This document shows positions 45,663 through 55,173 of a stretch of DNA of 64,000 nucleotides, piece after piece. A program made the translations under genes and the position numbers. Source of the stretch: a phage; NCBI GenBank assembly GCA_033664045.1, contig GCA_033664045.1_3674.1, one strand, 5' to 3'. Under the pieces are notes generated by a model. The model was not told where the DNA came from and made no database searches. It was given only the letters and a program-made list of their open reading frames with translations. Within the stretch, counting starts at the first letter, position 1; each line of letters starts with the position of its first letter.

Positions 45663-45783
45663 GAAATCTCCTCTGGAAATGAGAGTGTGAACAGGGTTTC
45701 ATACGTTCCAGTGCACAGGAATTATGCACGTTTGCCTCTTCAGGCCATGCTTTAGCATGAGAAACCTGTGTGGGCTCGGTGCT

Positions 45784-46089
45784 TCATAGTCTACCACCTC
45801 TGAACTCCTCGTGCTCAGGCATAATAGAGAACCAGATATCTACGATGTCTTCCCACGTTAAGTCATCAGCCTCAGGATCTACCTGGAGCGAAGATGGAGA
45901 ATCTTCAGAATCGAAGTTTTCCTCTTTAACTGGCTCATCCAAGGGACATATAGTCACTCCTTTGGATGTCTCTTCAGATGCATGTGTGTTGATCATGTTC
46001 CACCAGTGAGTATTCCTGCAACAGCCGCTATGGACGTAATGATCATCAGGATCACCACTAAAACTTCGGACAATGTTTTCATTGTGCAC
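45784..46089 (-). CDS. Hypothetical acidic protein
   Basis: Track ORF; candidate minus-strand promoter at 46115-46143. Confidence 0.45.
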   Translation of the reverse strand: MHNENIVRSFSGDPDDHYVHSGCCRNTHWWNMINTHASEETSKGVTICPLDEPVKEENFDSEDSPSSLQVDPEADDLTWEDIVDIWFSIMPEHEEFRGGRL

Positions 46090-46299
46090 TCCATATTCTC
46101 CAGACTATGTGTGGATACTATCACGAGAGTAGCAATGTGTCAACAGAAACGCCGCGAGGGTTTGGTTAAAATCCGAGCGTATGGTGATTTGGGTCAAAAC
46201 GGACGTGCGTTCTCGCTACGCTCGAAATATGGAGTTGTTTGTAGAAAGCTCTTAAACGCTCTATAATGAGATTATCTGTCCAAGGTATGCAATCGTGCA

Positions 46300-46331
46300 C
46301 TAGATAAAGAAAAGGACGCCACAGAGCGTCC
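46300..46331 (-). terminator. Rho-independent terminator (minus strand)
   Basis: Minus strand GGACGC-TCTGTG-GCGTCC followed by TTTTCTTT. Confidence 0.55.
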
Positions 46332-46356
46332 TAGGTGTCTTAAATTTGATATTTTG

Positions 46357-46668
46357 CTATACCCATGAGGGCTTATCAAGGTTGGAGTAGCTGAAAGGTG
46401 TCAAAAGGTGATTGTCAAAATCTCTCAAACTATCCAGATCTTTTTCCTCGTCCTGACACCATCTGTGCCTACATTTATTGTTGTAGTGCATAGAATGCAT
46501 AGCGTTCTGCAACTTAACAGGCACAAGTGATTCGGGAGTAGATAGTATTGTTGGGTATGCCAGAACCACCTCAAACAGTGGAAACACATCGAAACTAAAG
46601 TCTACCTCTGCAGAGGTTGATGGCATGTAGGAGTATTTAGCCGCCTTTGTAGACATAATCCACCTCAC
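46357..46668 (-). CDS. Hypothetical protein
   Basis: Track ORF. Confidence 0.5.
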   Translation of the reverse strand: MRWIMSTKAAKYSYMPSTSAEVDFSFDVFPLFEVVLAYPTILSTPESLVPVKLQNAMHSMHYNNKCRHRWCQDEEKDLDSLRDFDNHLLTPFSYSNLDKPSWV

Positions 46669-46991
46669 ACAGGTTTGATAATACCTTCACCGAATAGCTC
46701 TTCGTATCTAATCTTGTCAGGATCCCACTCCTGGATAATTTCGAAGACAATATCCAACCCTGGGATAATCACTTCTCCAGTGTCAAGTTTAGCAAGAACA
46801 AAACCAGAAGGCTGAATGGTTTCCCAGTTGCGACGATTGGAATAGAAGACCTCGAAAATATCACCGACCTTGATCTGTTGATCAAGATGTTCAAGATTCT
46901 CTTTCATGTAGACGCAGCGTATTTTTCGTGCAGGCCATAGACCACCTGCATCACGTTCATTTAATTCTTTTACAGTGATCGGTATACCCAT
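46665..46991 (-). CDS. Hypothetical protein
   Basis: Track ORF; 4-nt overlap. Confidence 0.5.
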   Translation of the reverse strand: MGIPITVKELNERDAGGLWPARKIRCVYMKENLEHLDQQIKVGDIFEVFYSNRRNWETIQPSGFVLAKLDTGEVIIPGLDIVFEIIQEWDPDKIRYEELFGEGIIKPV

Positions 46992-47009
46992 CTCAAATCT
47001 CCTTCATAG

Positions 47010-47037
47010 ATAGTAAAAGAGGGGCCCAAGCCCCTCT
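47010..47037 (-). terminator. Rho-independent terminator (minus strand)
   Basis: Minus strand AGAGGGGC-TTGG-GCCCCTCT followed by TTTTACT. Confidence 0.55.
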
Positions 47038-47045
47038 CTTTGTCA

Positions 47046-47351
47046 TTATTCCACAGAGCGTTTGAACAGAATGTCTGCCTCGGACATGTGCTCAACCTCT
47101 TCTTCGATTTTAGCTCGACGTTTTTCAGCCTCATATCGAATATCGAACTCGGTAGCCACCAGAGATTTGATGAATTTAGGAGAATACAGATGATCCTGCT
47201 TCTCAACGAGAATGATATCCTTGATGGCATCTTTCAGATCTTTAATCTGAAGTTGGAGTTCCACCAGTTCTTCGATTGTTTTGCGAAGGCGATCACGTTC
47301 TGCAGTGTCAGAAGGAAGAGAGGTGAACAGTTCAACTTTAGATTTAGCCAT
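47046..47351 (-). CDS. Hypothetical coiled-coil protein
   Basis: Track ORF; charged heptad-like sequence. Confidence 0.5.
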   Translation of the reverse strand: MAKSKVELFTSLPSDTAERDRLRKTIEELVELQLQIKDLKDAIKDIILVEKQDHLYSPKFIKSLVATEFDIRYEAEKRRAKIEEEVEHMSEADILFKRSVE

Positions 47352-47379
47352 AGTAAGAGTCTCCTTATGTTGTTTTAAA

Positions 47380-47631
47380 TTAACGTTCTACAAAAATACC
47401 GTTCAGTTCAATAACCAGGAATTTCTGATCTTCACTATCGTCTCGTGCCAGCACCTCACATACGTATCGGTCATCCCCATCATCATCGCAGTCAAATACA
47501 AGACTGAGAACTTTATCATGGTAAACCTTCGCCACTACCGCCTCGTAAGTATTGCCGATTGTGAATCCAAGATAATCTCCGATGCATTTGACAACAACAT
47601 GGTCTCCAGCATTTAAGTCAATCTTCGTCAT
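47380..47631 (-). CDS. Hypothetical protein
   Basis: Start placed at the internal Met (MTKIDL…) preceded by AAGGAG. Confidence 0.5.
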   Translation of the reverse strand: MTKIDLNAGDHVVVKCIGDYLGFTIGNTYEAVVAKVYHDKVLSLVFDCDDDGDDRYVCEVLARDDSEDQKFLVIELNGIFVER

Positions 47632-47786
47632 TACTGCGCTCCTTGGGTAATAATACTGTATGTAAAACTTTAACCAGAGATGTGAATAACGCCCCAAAAC
47701 ACACCGATAGCGCTAAAACAGACAAGGCCATCATTAAAGCTTCAGTAAAATCAGTCATTCCTCACCTCTTGTTAGTCACTATACTA

Positions 47787-48050
47787 TCATTTATCCTCGC
47801 CGTCAAGAACTTTTTTAAATCTTTCAGGTATATCACCCGTTCTTAGATAGTTCATGACCTCACAAGGTTCCCACTTGAATTTCTTACAGAGCAGGGCGGC
47901 TGAGATTGTTTCATTGCGAAAAGAAAGGATATTAATATCCCACTCTGAGAACCCCAACTTCCGAAGGGTAGCTACAGAAATCCTCACCGCAACCCAGCAG
48001 CAAAAACATGCAACAAAAGCCACTGCTACAACCCACATCAGGATGTTCAT
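47787..48050 (-). CDS. Membrane protein
   Basis: MNILMWVVAVAFVACFCCWVAV transmembrane segment. Confidence 0.5.
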   Translation of the reverse strand: MNILMWVVAVAFVACFCCWVAVRISVATLRKLGFSEWDINILSFRNETISAALLCKKFKWEPCEVMNYLRTGDIPERFKKVLDGEDK

Positions 48051-48139
48051 ATAAGCACCTTACTGAAATACAAGACATAGGGTTAAGGTTACTGACCAGC
48101 AAATAATTAACAGTGCCGTTGCAACCTTGGCAAGATTTA

Positions 48140-48427
48140 TCATAGTGCCTCTAAGATTTCATATCCTTCGGGTCGGAATACAAGCCACTCCGTGGCTCCG
48201 TTTGGTCGATACGCTTTATACAGAACAACCTGATCTCGGCACATGCACATAGCTACATAGTTTTCATCCACACCTGCAGCCTGCATTGCAGCTTCTTCTC
48301 CGGCAACTGCTTTGCTTACAACCTCTTTGGTAGGCAGGTGTGCGATCAGCTCGTCACCATCATTAATTCCAAAATGGCTGAGTTCTCCATTGGTATCTTT
48401 AATCTTAATCTTAACCAGATCTTTCAT
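48140..48427 (-). CDS. Hypothetical protein (loose member of the MKxK…VEE family)
   Basis: Track ORF. Confidence 0.5.
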   Translation of the reverse strand: MKDLVKIKIKDTNGELSHFGINDGDELIAHLPTKEVVSKAVAGEEAAMQAAGVDENYVAMCMCRDQVVLYKAYRPNGATEWLVFRPEGYEILEAL

Positions 48428-48756
48428 TAGTCTTCCTCCAGGTTCAAAGGTCCTAAGATTTCATATGCCAGATTAGAAGTTACCAGAGGATCTTCTGCAT
48501 CTTTAGTATTATACCACCCGTGAATAACCAGAGTCCCACTCTGTTTCATATCTAACTGGAACTGTTCTGCAGTTTCCTCATCCATCTCTAAGATCTCCAT
48601 AAGGTATTTGATGTTAGGGAGGTATGCAGCTGTTACAGTCCCCTCTACCAGACCTTCAGGCCAACCTACATCTGGATGACAAGTAGGAACCAGGTTGGTC
48701 AGCTTAATGGTGTACGCTTTTTCTGCACGAGCCTTCAGTAACGGGTCAATCTTCAT
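48427..48756 (-). CDS. Hypothetical protein
   Basis: Track ORF; 1-nt overlap. Confidence 0.5.
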   Translation of the reverse strand: MKIDPLLKARAEKAYTIKLTNLVPTCHPDVGWPEGLVEGTVTAAYLPNIKYLMEILEMDEETAEQFQLDMKQSGTLVIHGWYNTKDAEDPLVTSNLAYEILGPLNLEED

Positions 48757-49106
48757 TATTCGTCCTCCTCTTCGGTGCCTGCTTCCAGTAATAAGTTAAG
48801 AATATCTTCTGCACAAGGCTCATAGAACTCTTGGCCTTCATTATCGATGATTTTGTAGTCATCTCCACGAATAATCAGTGGATCACTCTCAAAATTATCG
48901 AGACCTTTAACAACGACAACACGATCGATTGCCATCATTGTAAGAACTTTATCGACATTTTCCTCTGCTACACCATACTGCAGCAGAATGTCTTTGGTAG
49001 GAGGAACAGCATCCACAACAACACCGTTACCAAAACCTTCCGGAAGTTTAGCTAAAATATCTTCCGGAACCGCATTCACATCAAAACCGGTAATTTCTAC
49101 TTTCAT
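48756..49106 (-). CDS. Hypothetical protein (MKVE… acidic-tail family)
   Basis: Track ORF. Confidence 0.5.
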   Translation of the reverse strand: MKVEITGFDVNAVPEDILAKLPEGFGNGVVVDAVPPTKDILLQYGVAEENVDKVLTMMAIDRVVVVKGLDNFESDPLIIRGDDYKIIDNEGQEFYEPCAEDILNLLLEAGTEEEDE

Positions 49107-49367
49107 TTACAGCACCTCTTCGTCAACTACTTCATAAAAATGGCTTGGGATTGCAATAGCGTTCTCACCTTCACCTACAAACACAGTTCCGTCAAGAATC
49201 AACATCATAAGAATTTCTGGAATATCCTCTTCCGGAACGTTGCCAAAACCTTTAATCAGCTTGTAGGTTGGAAGATTTACCTCTAAGATGTCACCATCTT
49301 TAGAGCGGAAATCAACACCATCCTGAATCTCTGCCATTTCAAGGTTTTTCAGTTTAATCTTCATCAA
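49107..49367 (-). CDS. Hypothetical protein (MKIK… acidic-tail family)
   Basis: Track ORF. Confidence 0.5.
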   Translation of the reverse strand: MMKIKLKNLEMAEIQDGVDFRSKDGDILEVNLPTYKLIKGFGNVPEEDIPEILMMLILDGTVFVGEGENAIAIPSHFYEVVDEEVL

Positions 49368-49443
49368 TCAGTCTCCCGTCTTGTTAAGATGAAGGTATTA
49401 TTTCACACAGGGTTGGCGTTGTCAACACCTGTGTGCAAGAAAA

Positions 49444-49839
49444 TTACTGAAACAGTGCGGATAAATTACCTTCTGGTGGGAACTTATCTGCCAAAAACGG
49501 TGTTAGCACAGTAGCCTTCTGAAGATCTGGGGTCCACTCGTTGTTCAGAACATCCCAGTAGTACGCAATGTTGCTGTGTGGGTGCCGCATTACGAACTTT
49601 TTCCCTTCGTAGTCATCTGAAACCTCTACAGAAGAAATAACAACAGAATCTTCAAGGGTTTCTTCATAGAAAGATCCACCTTCAAATTTCCAACGAGATG
49701 CAAGAGCCCCTGCCTTGAACGCTGCAGATAACGGACTGTCGGCAAGAACATACATTTCTTGCACTCTGTCGCTGCGATCTTTGCTTCTTACGTTGTATAC
49801 AGTATCTGAGCTATACTCAACACGGTATAGGCTTACCAT
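49444..49839 (-). CDS. Hypothetical protein (paralog of 51649..52047)
   Basis: Shares the …FV(I/M)xHPxS…YWxxxxxxWTP pattern with 51649..52047. Confidence 0.5.
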   Translation of the reverse strand: MVSLYRVEYSSDTVYNVRSKDRSDRVQEMYVLADSPLSAAFKAGALASRWKFEGGSFYEETLEDSVVISSVEVSDDYEGKKFVMRHPHSNIAYYWDVLNNEWTPDLQKATVLTPFLADKFPPEGNLSALFQ

Positions 49840-50198
49840 TACCGCACCTCCTCAATAACTTCCACATCTGAACCTACCACAAATGCAAAAGGACAGGTTT
49901 CATGAAAGATATCCGGATCGCCGCCAAGCTTGCTAACAATTTCTCCACCACTAATAAACACAAGCTCACCGATATTCATCAGATTGCTGAAATAGTACCC
50001 ATAATGATTAAAGAATGCAGCAGGGTCAGGTAGACTAGTGGCCTCAAGCACTACATCGGTTGAGGTTACTTTCTTATCATAACCTCTCGCCTTTTGAGAT
50101 GCAAGATCTGCAGAATCCTCAGGAGACCGGAGATGCACAGGAATTGTTTCACCAATAAAGCGTACTTTCATATTATCACCCAACAACCATAGCTTCAA
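49839..50198 (-). CDS. Hypothetical protein
   Basis: Track ORF; true start may be the internal MKVRFIG at 50171. Confidence 0.45.
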   Translation of the reverse strand: MKLWLLGDNMKVRFIGETIPVHLRSPEDSADLASQKARGYDKKVTSTDVVLEATSLPDPAAFFNHYGYYFSNLMNIGELVFISGGEIVSKLGGDPDIFHETCPFAFVVGSDVEVIEEVR

Positions 50199-50439
50199 AA
50201 GGAGTCATGAACGAATAAACGGCATCATCATCTGCTTCAGGGAATGCTCCCAAAGACTTCATGTCTGAGCCCTTGACAAATACAAGGTTTTGATCAAAAG
50301 CTTCTTGGGGGTCAATCCGATACATATTTCGTAGAATATCGCTTACCTCCTCATCAAGAGGTGAGTATGCTGTGCACGTTTTTCCGATCAAGCTTTGAGA
50401 ATCAGGGTAGCCACCTGAAGTTTTAAAATAAACAATCAT
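50176..50439 (-). CDS. Hypothetical protein (loose family member; KGSDMKSLGA)
   Basis: Track ORF. Confidence 0.5.
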   Translation of the reverse strand: MIVYFKTSGGYPDSQSLIGKTCTAYSPLDEEVSDILRNMYRIDPQEAFDQNLVFVKGSDMKSLGAFPEADDDAVYSFMTPFEAMVVG

Positions 50440-50533
50440 ATAGTATCACCTCTGGTAAGAGATTGGGATTCCTTTCCCATAAATAATTACAAATCTTCCT
50501 TAGCGAGGAAGTAGTATGCTAATCCAAGCAGGA

Positions 50534-50803
50534 TTATTCCTCTACAATCTCATACACATCAGGAGTTACAATCAACTCTTCTCCGTTACCCGGTGCAACA
50601 AACACCACCATTCCTTCAGGTGTGTGCTTTTTAGCCATCTCGATAACATCTTCTCGCAGAGCTGGCTCCATCAGATCAAAACCTTCACCCAGGGCATCAC
50701 GAACCACCTTCATATAGTCAACTGGTTGTGCTTCGACAATCATGCCTTCAACCAGTCCACAGTTTTTGTCTGCCAGCTCAGTTTTGAATAATTTAATTTT
50801 CAT
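50534..50803 (-). CDS. Hypothetical protein (MKIKLF… acidic-tail family)
   Basis: Track ORF. Confidence 0.5.
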   Translation of the reverse strand: MKIKLFKTELADKNCGLVEGMIVEAQPVDYMKVVRDALGEGFDLMEPALREDVIEMAKKHTPEGMVVFVAPGNGEELIVTPDVYEIVEE

Positions 50804-50940
50804 TTAGAGGTCTCCTCAATTATTTGATATTAATAGCCGTAACCTAACACATTAACTACAACTGCGATTGCAAACATAATTTCAAAGCATGCAATCTCTA
50901 CATTTGGGACTAATTTCTTAATCACGCCCATTGTAGCACC

Positions 50941-51258
50941 TCATTCTCCAAAGTCAATCTTTACTTTGCCTTTCCTCTTACCTTTCTTTCCACCACATTT
51001 AGCCAGCTGACGTGCTGCAACATCTACCATACGGTCAGTTGCCTCGTAAGCATCACCTCCTTTAGCCTTGGCAATAACTTCTTTTCCAGAATTGTCAAAA
51101 ATGAACGCCATAACTTCCTGGCGATCATTTTCAACTTTTACACTCACACGTGCATGATTTACAGAAGGATGTAGACGCTCCAGTTTTGACATTTTTTGGG
51201 AAATGAAAGACACCATGCCTTCGGTGATTTCTACGTTGCCAGTGATCTCAATTTGCAT
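50941..51258 (-). CDS. hpf: Ribosome hibernation promoting factor (HPF/RaiA family)
   Basis: MQIEITGNVEITEGM…KLERL…VSVKVE…AKGGDAYEATD…AARQLAK aligns along its length with E. coli HPF (MQLNITGNNVEITEAL…KLEQY…VVLKVE…AEGQDMYAAID…LARQLTK); basic C-terminal extension. Confidence 0.8.
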   Translation of the reverse strand: MQIEITGNVEITEGMVSFISQKMSKLERLHPSVNHARVSVKVENDRQEVMAFIFDNSGKEVIAKAKGGDAYEATDRMVDVAARQLAKCGGKKGKRKGKVKIDFGE

Positions 51259-51340
51259 AACGTGTTCCTTTTAAAGAAGAGGGAACCAAACCCTCTTTGA
51301 AAACAATGATACTAAATCTGAAGCGTTGTGTCAACAGTTT

Positions 51341-51631
51341 TTACAGCTTGTTGTCGATAGTATCCAAAATATCTACAGCAAGATCTGCCATTTTTCGAAC
51401 ATACTCTGCAAACTCAACAGGGTCCTTGATTAAAGAATTCACAGGGTCGTACCCTAGAGCGTTCAAAATGGCTGCAGCATCTACAACCTTCTCATCATTT
51501 GCAAAGATCTCTCCGTCAAACTTATAGGTCCCTTTTGAGTCAATCTTGGCAGGGCATGGTTGGTCCATGCTTATTACACCATCTTTTTTAAACGATTCGG
51601 TGTTATCAGTATCCAAAACTAAATCCATCAT
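51341..51631 (-). CDS. Hypothetical protein
   Basis: Track ORF. Confidence 0.5.
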   Translation of the reverse strand: MMDLVLDTDNTESFKKDGVISMDQPCPAKIDSKGTYKFDGEIFANDEKVVDAAAILNALGYDPVNSLIKDPVEFAEYVRKMADLAVDILDTIDNKL

Positions 51632-51648
51632 GTAAGTACCCCACTGTT

Positions 51649-52047
51649 TCAGCTTATTTTTTCTTCAACAACCCCGTAGCTCGGGGCAGAGTCAAGAGCT
51701 TTCTGGTTTAAAAGTGGTGTAGCAGAATCTGCAAACGGTGTCCAGGTTTTTGTTCTGGCATTCCAGTAATGCTTCACTCTGGAATCAGGATGCACTATAA
51801 CAAAAACTTTTTCACTTGTCAACACATTAATTTCTTCCACACCCCTGCTGATAATTTCTCCGTCATATCCCCCGGTCTGGTATCCTTCGTACCAGGTTCT
51901 TGCATAGGCATAGCCAGCCTGCCAGCATGCAGCCTCCTCCGAGGTGGAGACTACGTAGAAGTCTTTCTCAAATTCTGGGATACGCCCTTGCTTTACGCTC
52001 CAAGCTCCGCGAATTTTCATTGTAACTTTGAACAGTTTATTTTTCAC
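51649..52047 (-). CDS. Hypothetical protein (paralog of 49444..49839)
   Basis: Track ORF. Confidence 0.5.
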   Translation of the reverse strand: MKNKLFKVTMKIRGAWSVKQGRIPEFEKDFYVVSTSEEAACWQAGYAYARTWYEGYQTGGYDGEIISRGVEEINVLTSEKVFVIVHPDSRVKHYWNARTKTWTPFADSATPLLNQKALDSAPSYGVVEEKIS

Positions 52048-52059
52048 AACGGTTACCCA

Positions 52060-52314
52060 TCACAGCTCTACAATATCTGCATCTGACCCTGCCCCAAAGG
52101 CATAATATGACTCTTCCCCGAAATAATATTCCGGTGCACCAGCCGCGATCAGGTCTGATCCCAAGATGAACACCACATTGTGGCCTACATAGCTGTGATT
52201 TTGCCGCACAGGATCATCCCACGGCAACCCTTCGAAGTATACAGCAGGTACGATCTTTCCCTTCAGGAATGATTGCCCCAAGTAGACGTTAGAGTCAAGA
52301 ATTTTAACCTTCAT
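52060..52314 (-). CDS. Hypothetical protein (MKVKIL…GSDLIAAGA family)
   Basis: MKVKILDSNVYLGQ…GSDLIAAGAPE. Confidence 0.55.
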   Translation of the reverse strand: MKVKILDSNVYLGQSFLKGKIVPAVYFEGLPWDDPVRQNHSYVGHNVVFILGSDLIAAGAPEYYFGEESYYAFGAGSDADIVEL

Positions 52315-52528
52315 GATCGTCCTCCACTACCTCTACATCCTCGCCTAGGGCAAAGTTGTAATTCCACTGACTGTCAAAGCATTCCTGAGATGCGCCAGCG
52401 GCAATAAGATCTGACCCTTTTATTTTTAAAAGGTCAGGGTAATCTTCATTAGGAACAGCGGTAAACACTTTTCCAACCAAAGGCTCTTGACCAATATAGA
52501 AGTTTGAATCTAAAACTTTAACTTTCAT
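52304..52528 (-). CDS. Hypothetical protein (MKVKVL…GSDLIAAGA family)
   Basis: MKVKVLDSNFYIGQ…GSDLIAAGASQ. Confidence 0.55.
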   Translation of the reverse strand: MKVKVLDSNFYIGQEPLVGKVFTAVPNEDYPDLLKIKGSDLIAAGASQECFDSQWNYNFALGEDVEVVEDDHEG

Positions 52529-52812
52529 CAGCGGTCTCCATCGGGCGGCTGTGGAACGTAAACACTGTTACGAATCTCGTCAGCAGTGTAGTAACAAGTT
52601 TTCCCCTCTCTGTCTCTGGCAGCAATGTATTCAGCTATACCAATAAGTGCCATAGACTTGGTGGCGTATCTTTTAAGCTCGTTAGCTCCCCAGCAAAATC
52701 TCTGCCAAAACGGTATGAAACCGAATAGGTACACCTTCTGTTTCACTATCCAATAAGTTCCTTTACAGATCACTTTAAACTCTGCAGCACTGTTACTGAC
52801 ACCATTGCTCAT
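52528..52812 (-). CDS. Hypothetical protein
   Basis: Track ORF. Confidence 0.5.
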   Translation of the reverse strand: MSNGVSNSAAEFKVICKGTYWIVKQKVYLFGFIPFWQRFCWGANELKRYATKSMALIGIAEYIAARDREGKTCYYTADEIRNSVYVPQPPDGDR

Positions 52813-52824
52813 TATCTTCTCCTT

Positions 52825-53109
52825 TTATTTTTCTAGGTTTGGCAGATATTGCACATTGGCAGGAGGAACACCGGATAGCTCCCAAACAACCATAGTGCTA
52901 TACCCTGGCACACTTCTAACATTTAAAAGAGTAGGAGCACCAACACATTTAAACTTCCTTTTCCCAAATCCGTTCTCCATCATAACCCAGTATCCGGTAT
53001 CCTGATCACCTGGAATTTGTGTTCCATCATCGTCCACCCAGCGGACGGTCCATTTCGATACAGCAACTGATCGGTATTTAAACTTTTTAAACCACTCAAA
53101 CAGTTTCAT
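52825..53109 (-). CDS. Hypothetical protein
   Basis: Track ORF. Confidence 0.5.
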   Translation of the reverse strand: MKLFEWFKKFKYRSVAVSKWTVRWVDDDGTQIPGDQDTGYWVMMENGFGKRKFKCVGAPTLLNVRSVPGYSTMVVWELSGVPPANVQYLPNLEK

Positions 53110-53204
53110 AATTCAGCCTCGCATAGCCATAATAACTATAAACAGACAAATAATGAATCCGAATGCCACGCCACCCATAAACGTTAATATTGATGCGACC
53201 ATAA

Positions 53205-53390
53205 TCAATCATCCTCGTTTGGCAGCTCTTCCATTTTGACATACCGAAAAGTGTTGCCGTAATAGTTGATCCATGACATCAGCTCGCTTTCTTGCTCTTC
53301 CTCTGGAATTGACTCTCGGATACTGACAAGTTTTAAGAAAATCCAATCACAATCCACACCCATCCTACCAGACAGGCAATAGTGCTTCAT
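53205..53390 (-). CDS. Hypothetical protein
   Basis: Track ORF. Confidence 0.4.
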   Translation of the reverse strand: MKHYCLSGRMGVDCDWIFLKLVSIRESIPEEEQESELMSWINYYGNTFRYVKMEELPNEDD

Positions 53391-53408
53391 AGAACCCTCC
53401 CGCCTGGT

Positions 53409-53603
53409 TTAGAATATTGCTTCTTCCATTACGCCTGAGAGCAATAAAGAGGTAATATGACTAACATTCATCTCAGACTCTACTTCCTCTCCTTTGAAAG
53501 GTTCGCGGCAGAATAGGACTGTTTCAGGACTTTTACTTCGAACAATATAATACAAATCATTCAAAGTGTTGTAGTAATAAGTGTTAAAACGTAAGTTTTT
53601 CAT
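53409..53603 (-). CDS. Hypothetical protein
   Basis: Track ORF. Confidence 0.45.
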   Translation of the reverse strand: MKNLRFNTYYYNTLNDLYYIVRSKSPETVLFCREPFKGEEVESEMNVSHITSLLLSGVMEEAIF

Positions 53604-53887
53604 TTTCTAGTCCCCTTCTTAGATTTTTGTGCAGAAACGCTTTCTGCAATACGAGACAGGCGTTCTTCTGAAGCTTTACCTACCCCAGGTTTCTTGAGCG
53701 GGTTATCTTTATGACCGCAATCCAATTGGATGCTAGATACCTCCCCAACCTTGTAAGTCAATTCTAACAAAAGGTTGTCGTCCTTGTCAAATGTTTTTAC
53801 GATAAATTTTTTATCGTCCTCCTGAACTTCGTACCTAGTACCTGCAGTATACAGCATGGTGCCATCAGCATAGGATATCCAGATCAT
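53600..53887 (-). CDS. Hypothetical protein
   Basis: Track ORF; 4-nt overlaps on both sides. Confidence 0.5.
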   Translation of the reverse strand: MIWISYADGTMLYTAGTRYEVQEDDKKFIVKTFDKDDNLLLELTYKVGEVSSIQLDCGHKDNPLKKPGVGKASEERLSRIAESVSAQKSKKGTRK

Positions 53888-54249
53888 TGAGCCTCCTTCT
53901 GCTGCAACAGCATTAACTCTTTGTTAGAGATCTTTACTGCTGTTTTTATTGTTCCATCTTTGCGGAACCACGACCAGAACTCTACAGTGTCCCCATTATC
54001 AAGCAAAGCATACCCGTGGTAGAAGTCTTTGTCCTTAGACAGTTTCTCATCTATGTCTGCATCGACACATTCGTGATCCATAGCATTTTGCCTGAATGCA
54101 TCGGTTATGCCAATGCACGCCTTGCTCTCAAGACTGGTATATCCAGTATCTTTTAATTCGGTTTCCCAAACCCAGTATCCTACAAAAGCTACGACGGTTA
54201 CCAGCCCCATAGCAGCTACCCACATTAATATCGACTTAATATTTGGCAT
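53884..54249 (-). CDS. Membrane-anchored protein (N-terminal helix)
   Basis: ILMWVAAMGLVTVVAFVGYWVW. Confidence 0.5.
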   Translation of the reverse strand: MPNIKSILMWVAAMGLVTVVAFVGYWVWETELKDTGYTSLESKACIGITDAFRQNAMDHECVDADIDEKLSKDKDFYHGYALLDNGDTVEFWSWFRKDGTIKTAVKISNKELMLLQQKEAQ

Positions 54250-54309
54250 TCTCTCTACCTCTTTCTTAGTTTAATTAATCATGGCACATCCTTTGTGCCT
54301 TGTTGTACA

Positions 54310-54771
54310 CTACTTAAACAACAGTTCAAGATAGTGCAAAATTAACAGAAGTTGAATTACGCCTAGCACAACGGCGAGTATGTTAATCTTAGAATCAAAA
54401 AACTTCTTAACTTTTACCCTAAAAGGCTCTTTAATGTCCTTTACGATCCTATTTATAGATGATTTCATATCCCTGATTACCATCCTAAACATTAGAGACG
54501 GATCCTCCTTCTCTGTAACAGAATCGAAAACATACTCTCTTCGGTCATAAGGCCCTCCAGATCTGCGTATTAACCTCTCCACAGAGACCTCGTACGACAC
54601 ACCTGTAACGTAATCATCTATGACAAGTAGTGACGGGTCTTTATCATCCAAGGGTATTAAAGTTATCTTTCCAGATTTTGTTAAAATTTCTCCTTTTTCA
54701 AGCAAGGTGTACCAATGCTCTCTACCAAGATTGTTGAGGCACGTTTTTACATATTTAACAAACATCGTCAC
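54310..54771 (-). CDS. Tail-anchored membrane protein (C-terminal helix)
   Basis: C-terminal ILAVVLGVIQLLLILHYL. Confidence 0.5.
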   Translation of the reverse strand: MTMFVKYVKTCLNNLGREHWYTLLEKGEILTKSGKITLIPLDDKDPSLLVIDDYVTGVSYEVSVERLIRRSGGPYDRREYVFDSVTEKEDPSLMFRMVIRDMKSSINRIVKDIKEPFRVKVKKFFDSKINILAVVLGVIQLLLILHYLELLFK

Positions 54772-54971
54772 CCCTCATCGCACGTCTGATATAACCATTC
54801 TATGAAATCTTGATACCACTCTCCCTCTGAGCGCTCCGTAGGCCAATAATCTTCCCCCTCTCTTGCATTAAAATCTGAGTATTCAACTTTCCACTCCTTT
54901 ACCAGCTCGTGGAGAAGGTTTTCGGCCTGTTCTAAGGATTTATTTTTTGTCATTACTGTCCCCTTTTTCAA
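54768..54971 (-). CDS. Hypothetical protein
   Basis: Track ORF. Confidence 0.45.
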   Translation of the reverse strand: MKKGTVMTKNKSLEQAENLLHELVKEWKVEYSDFNAREGEDYWPTERSEGEWYQDFIEWLYQTCDEG

Positions 54972-55173
54972 GATAATTATACATCAGTGCCGCGCCACCC
55001 AAAATGGCTACTAGCAGTAATACTCCAGAGAGCATTTCAATAAACATGGCTTGAAACATTAGAAGGCCCCCTCTAATTTTACGCACCATTTTAAATACAC
55101 ACTCTTTTCCCATGAAGATGCTGAACTAAGGTCTGTATGGAATGCAATCTCCCTAAGAATAGTGTAAACAGTT

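Noticed and set aside
51277-51297. Hairpin upstream of hpf as a terminator
   Set aside because: On the transcribed strand it is not followed by a U-run and lies between a promoter-like sequence and the hpf ribosome-binding site; more likely a 5' leader structure.
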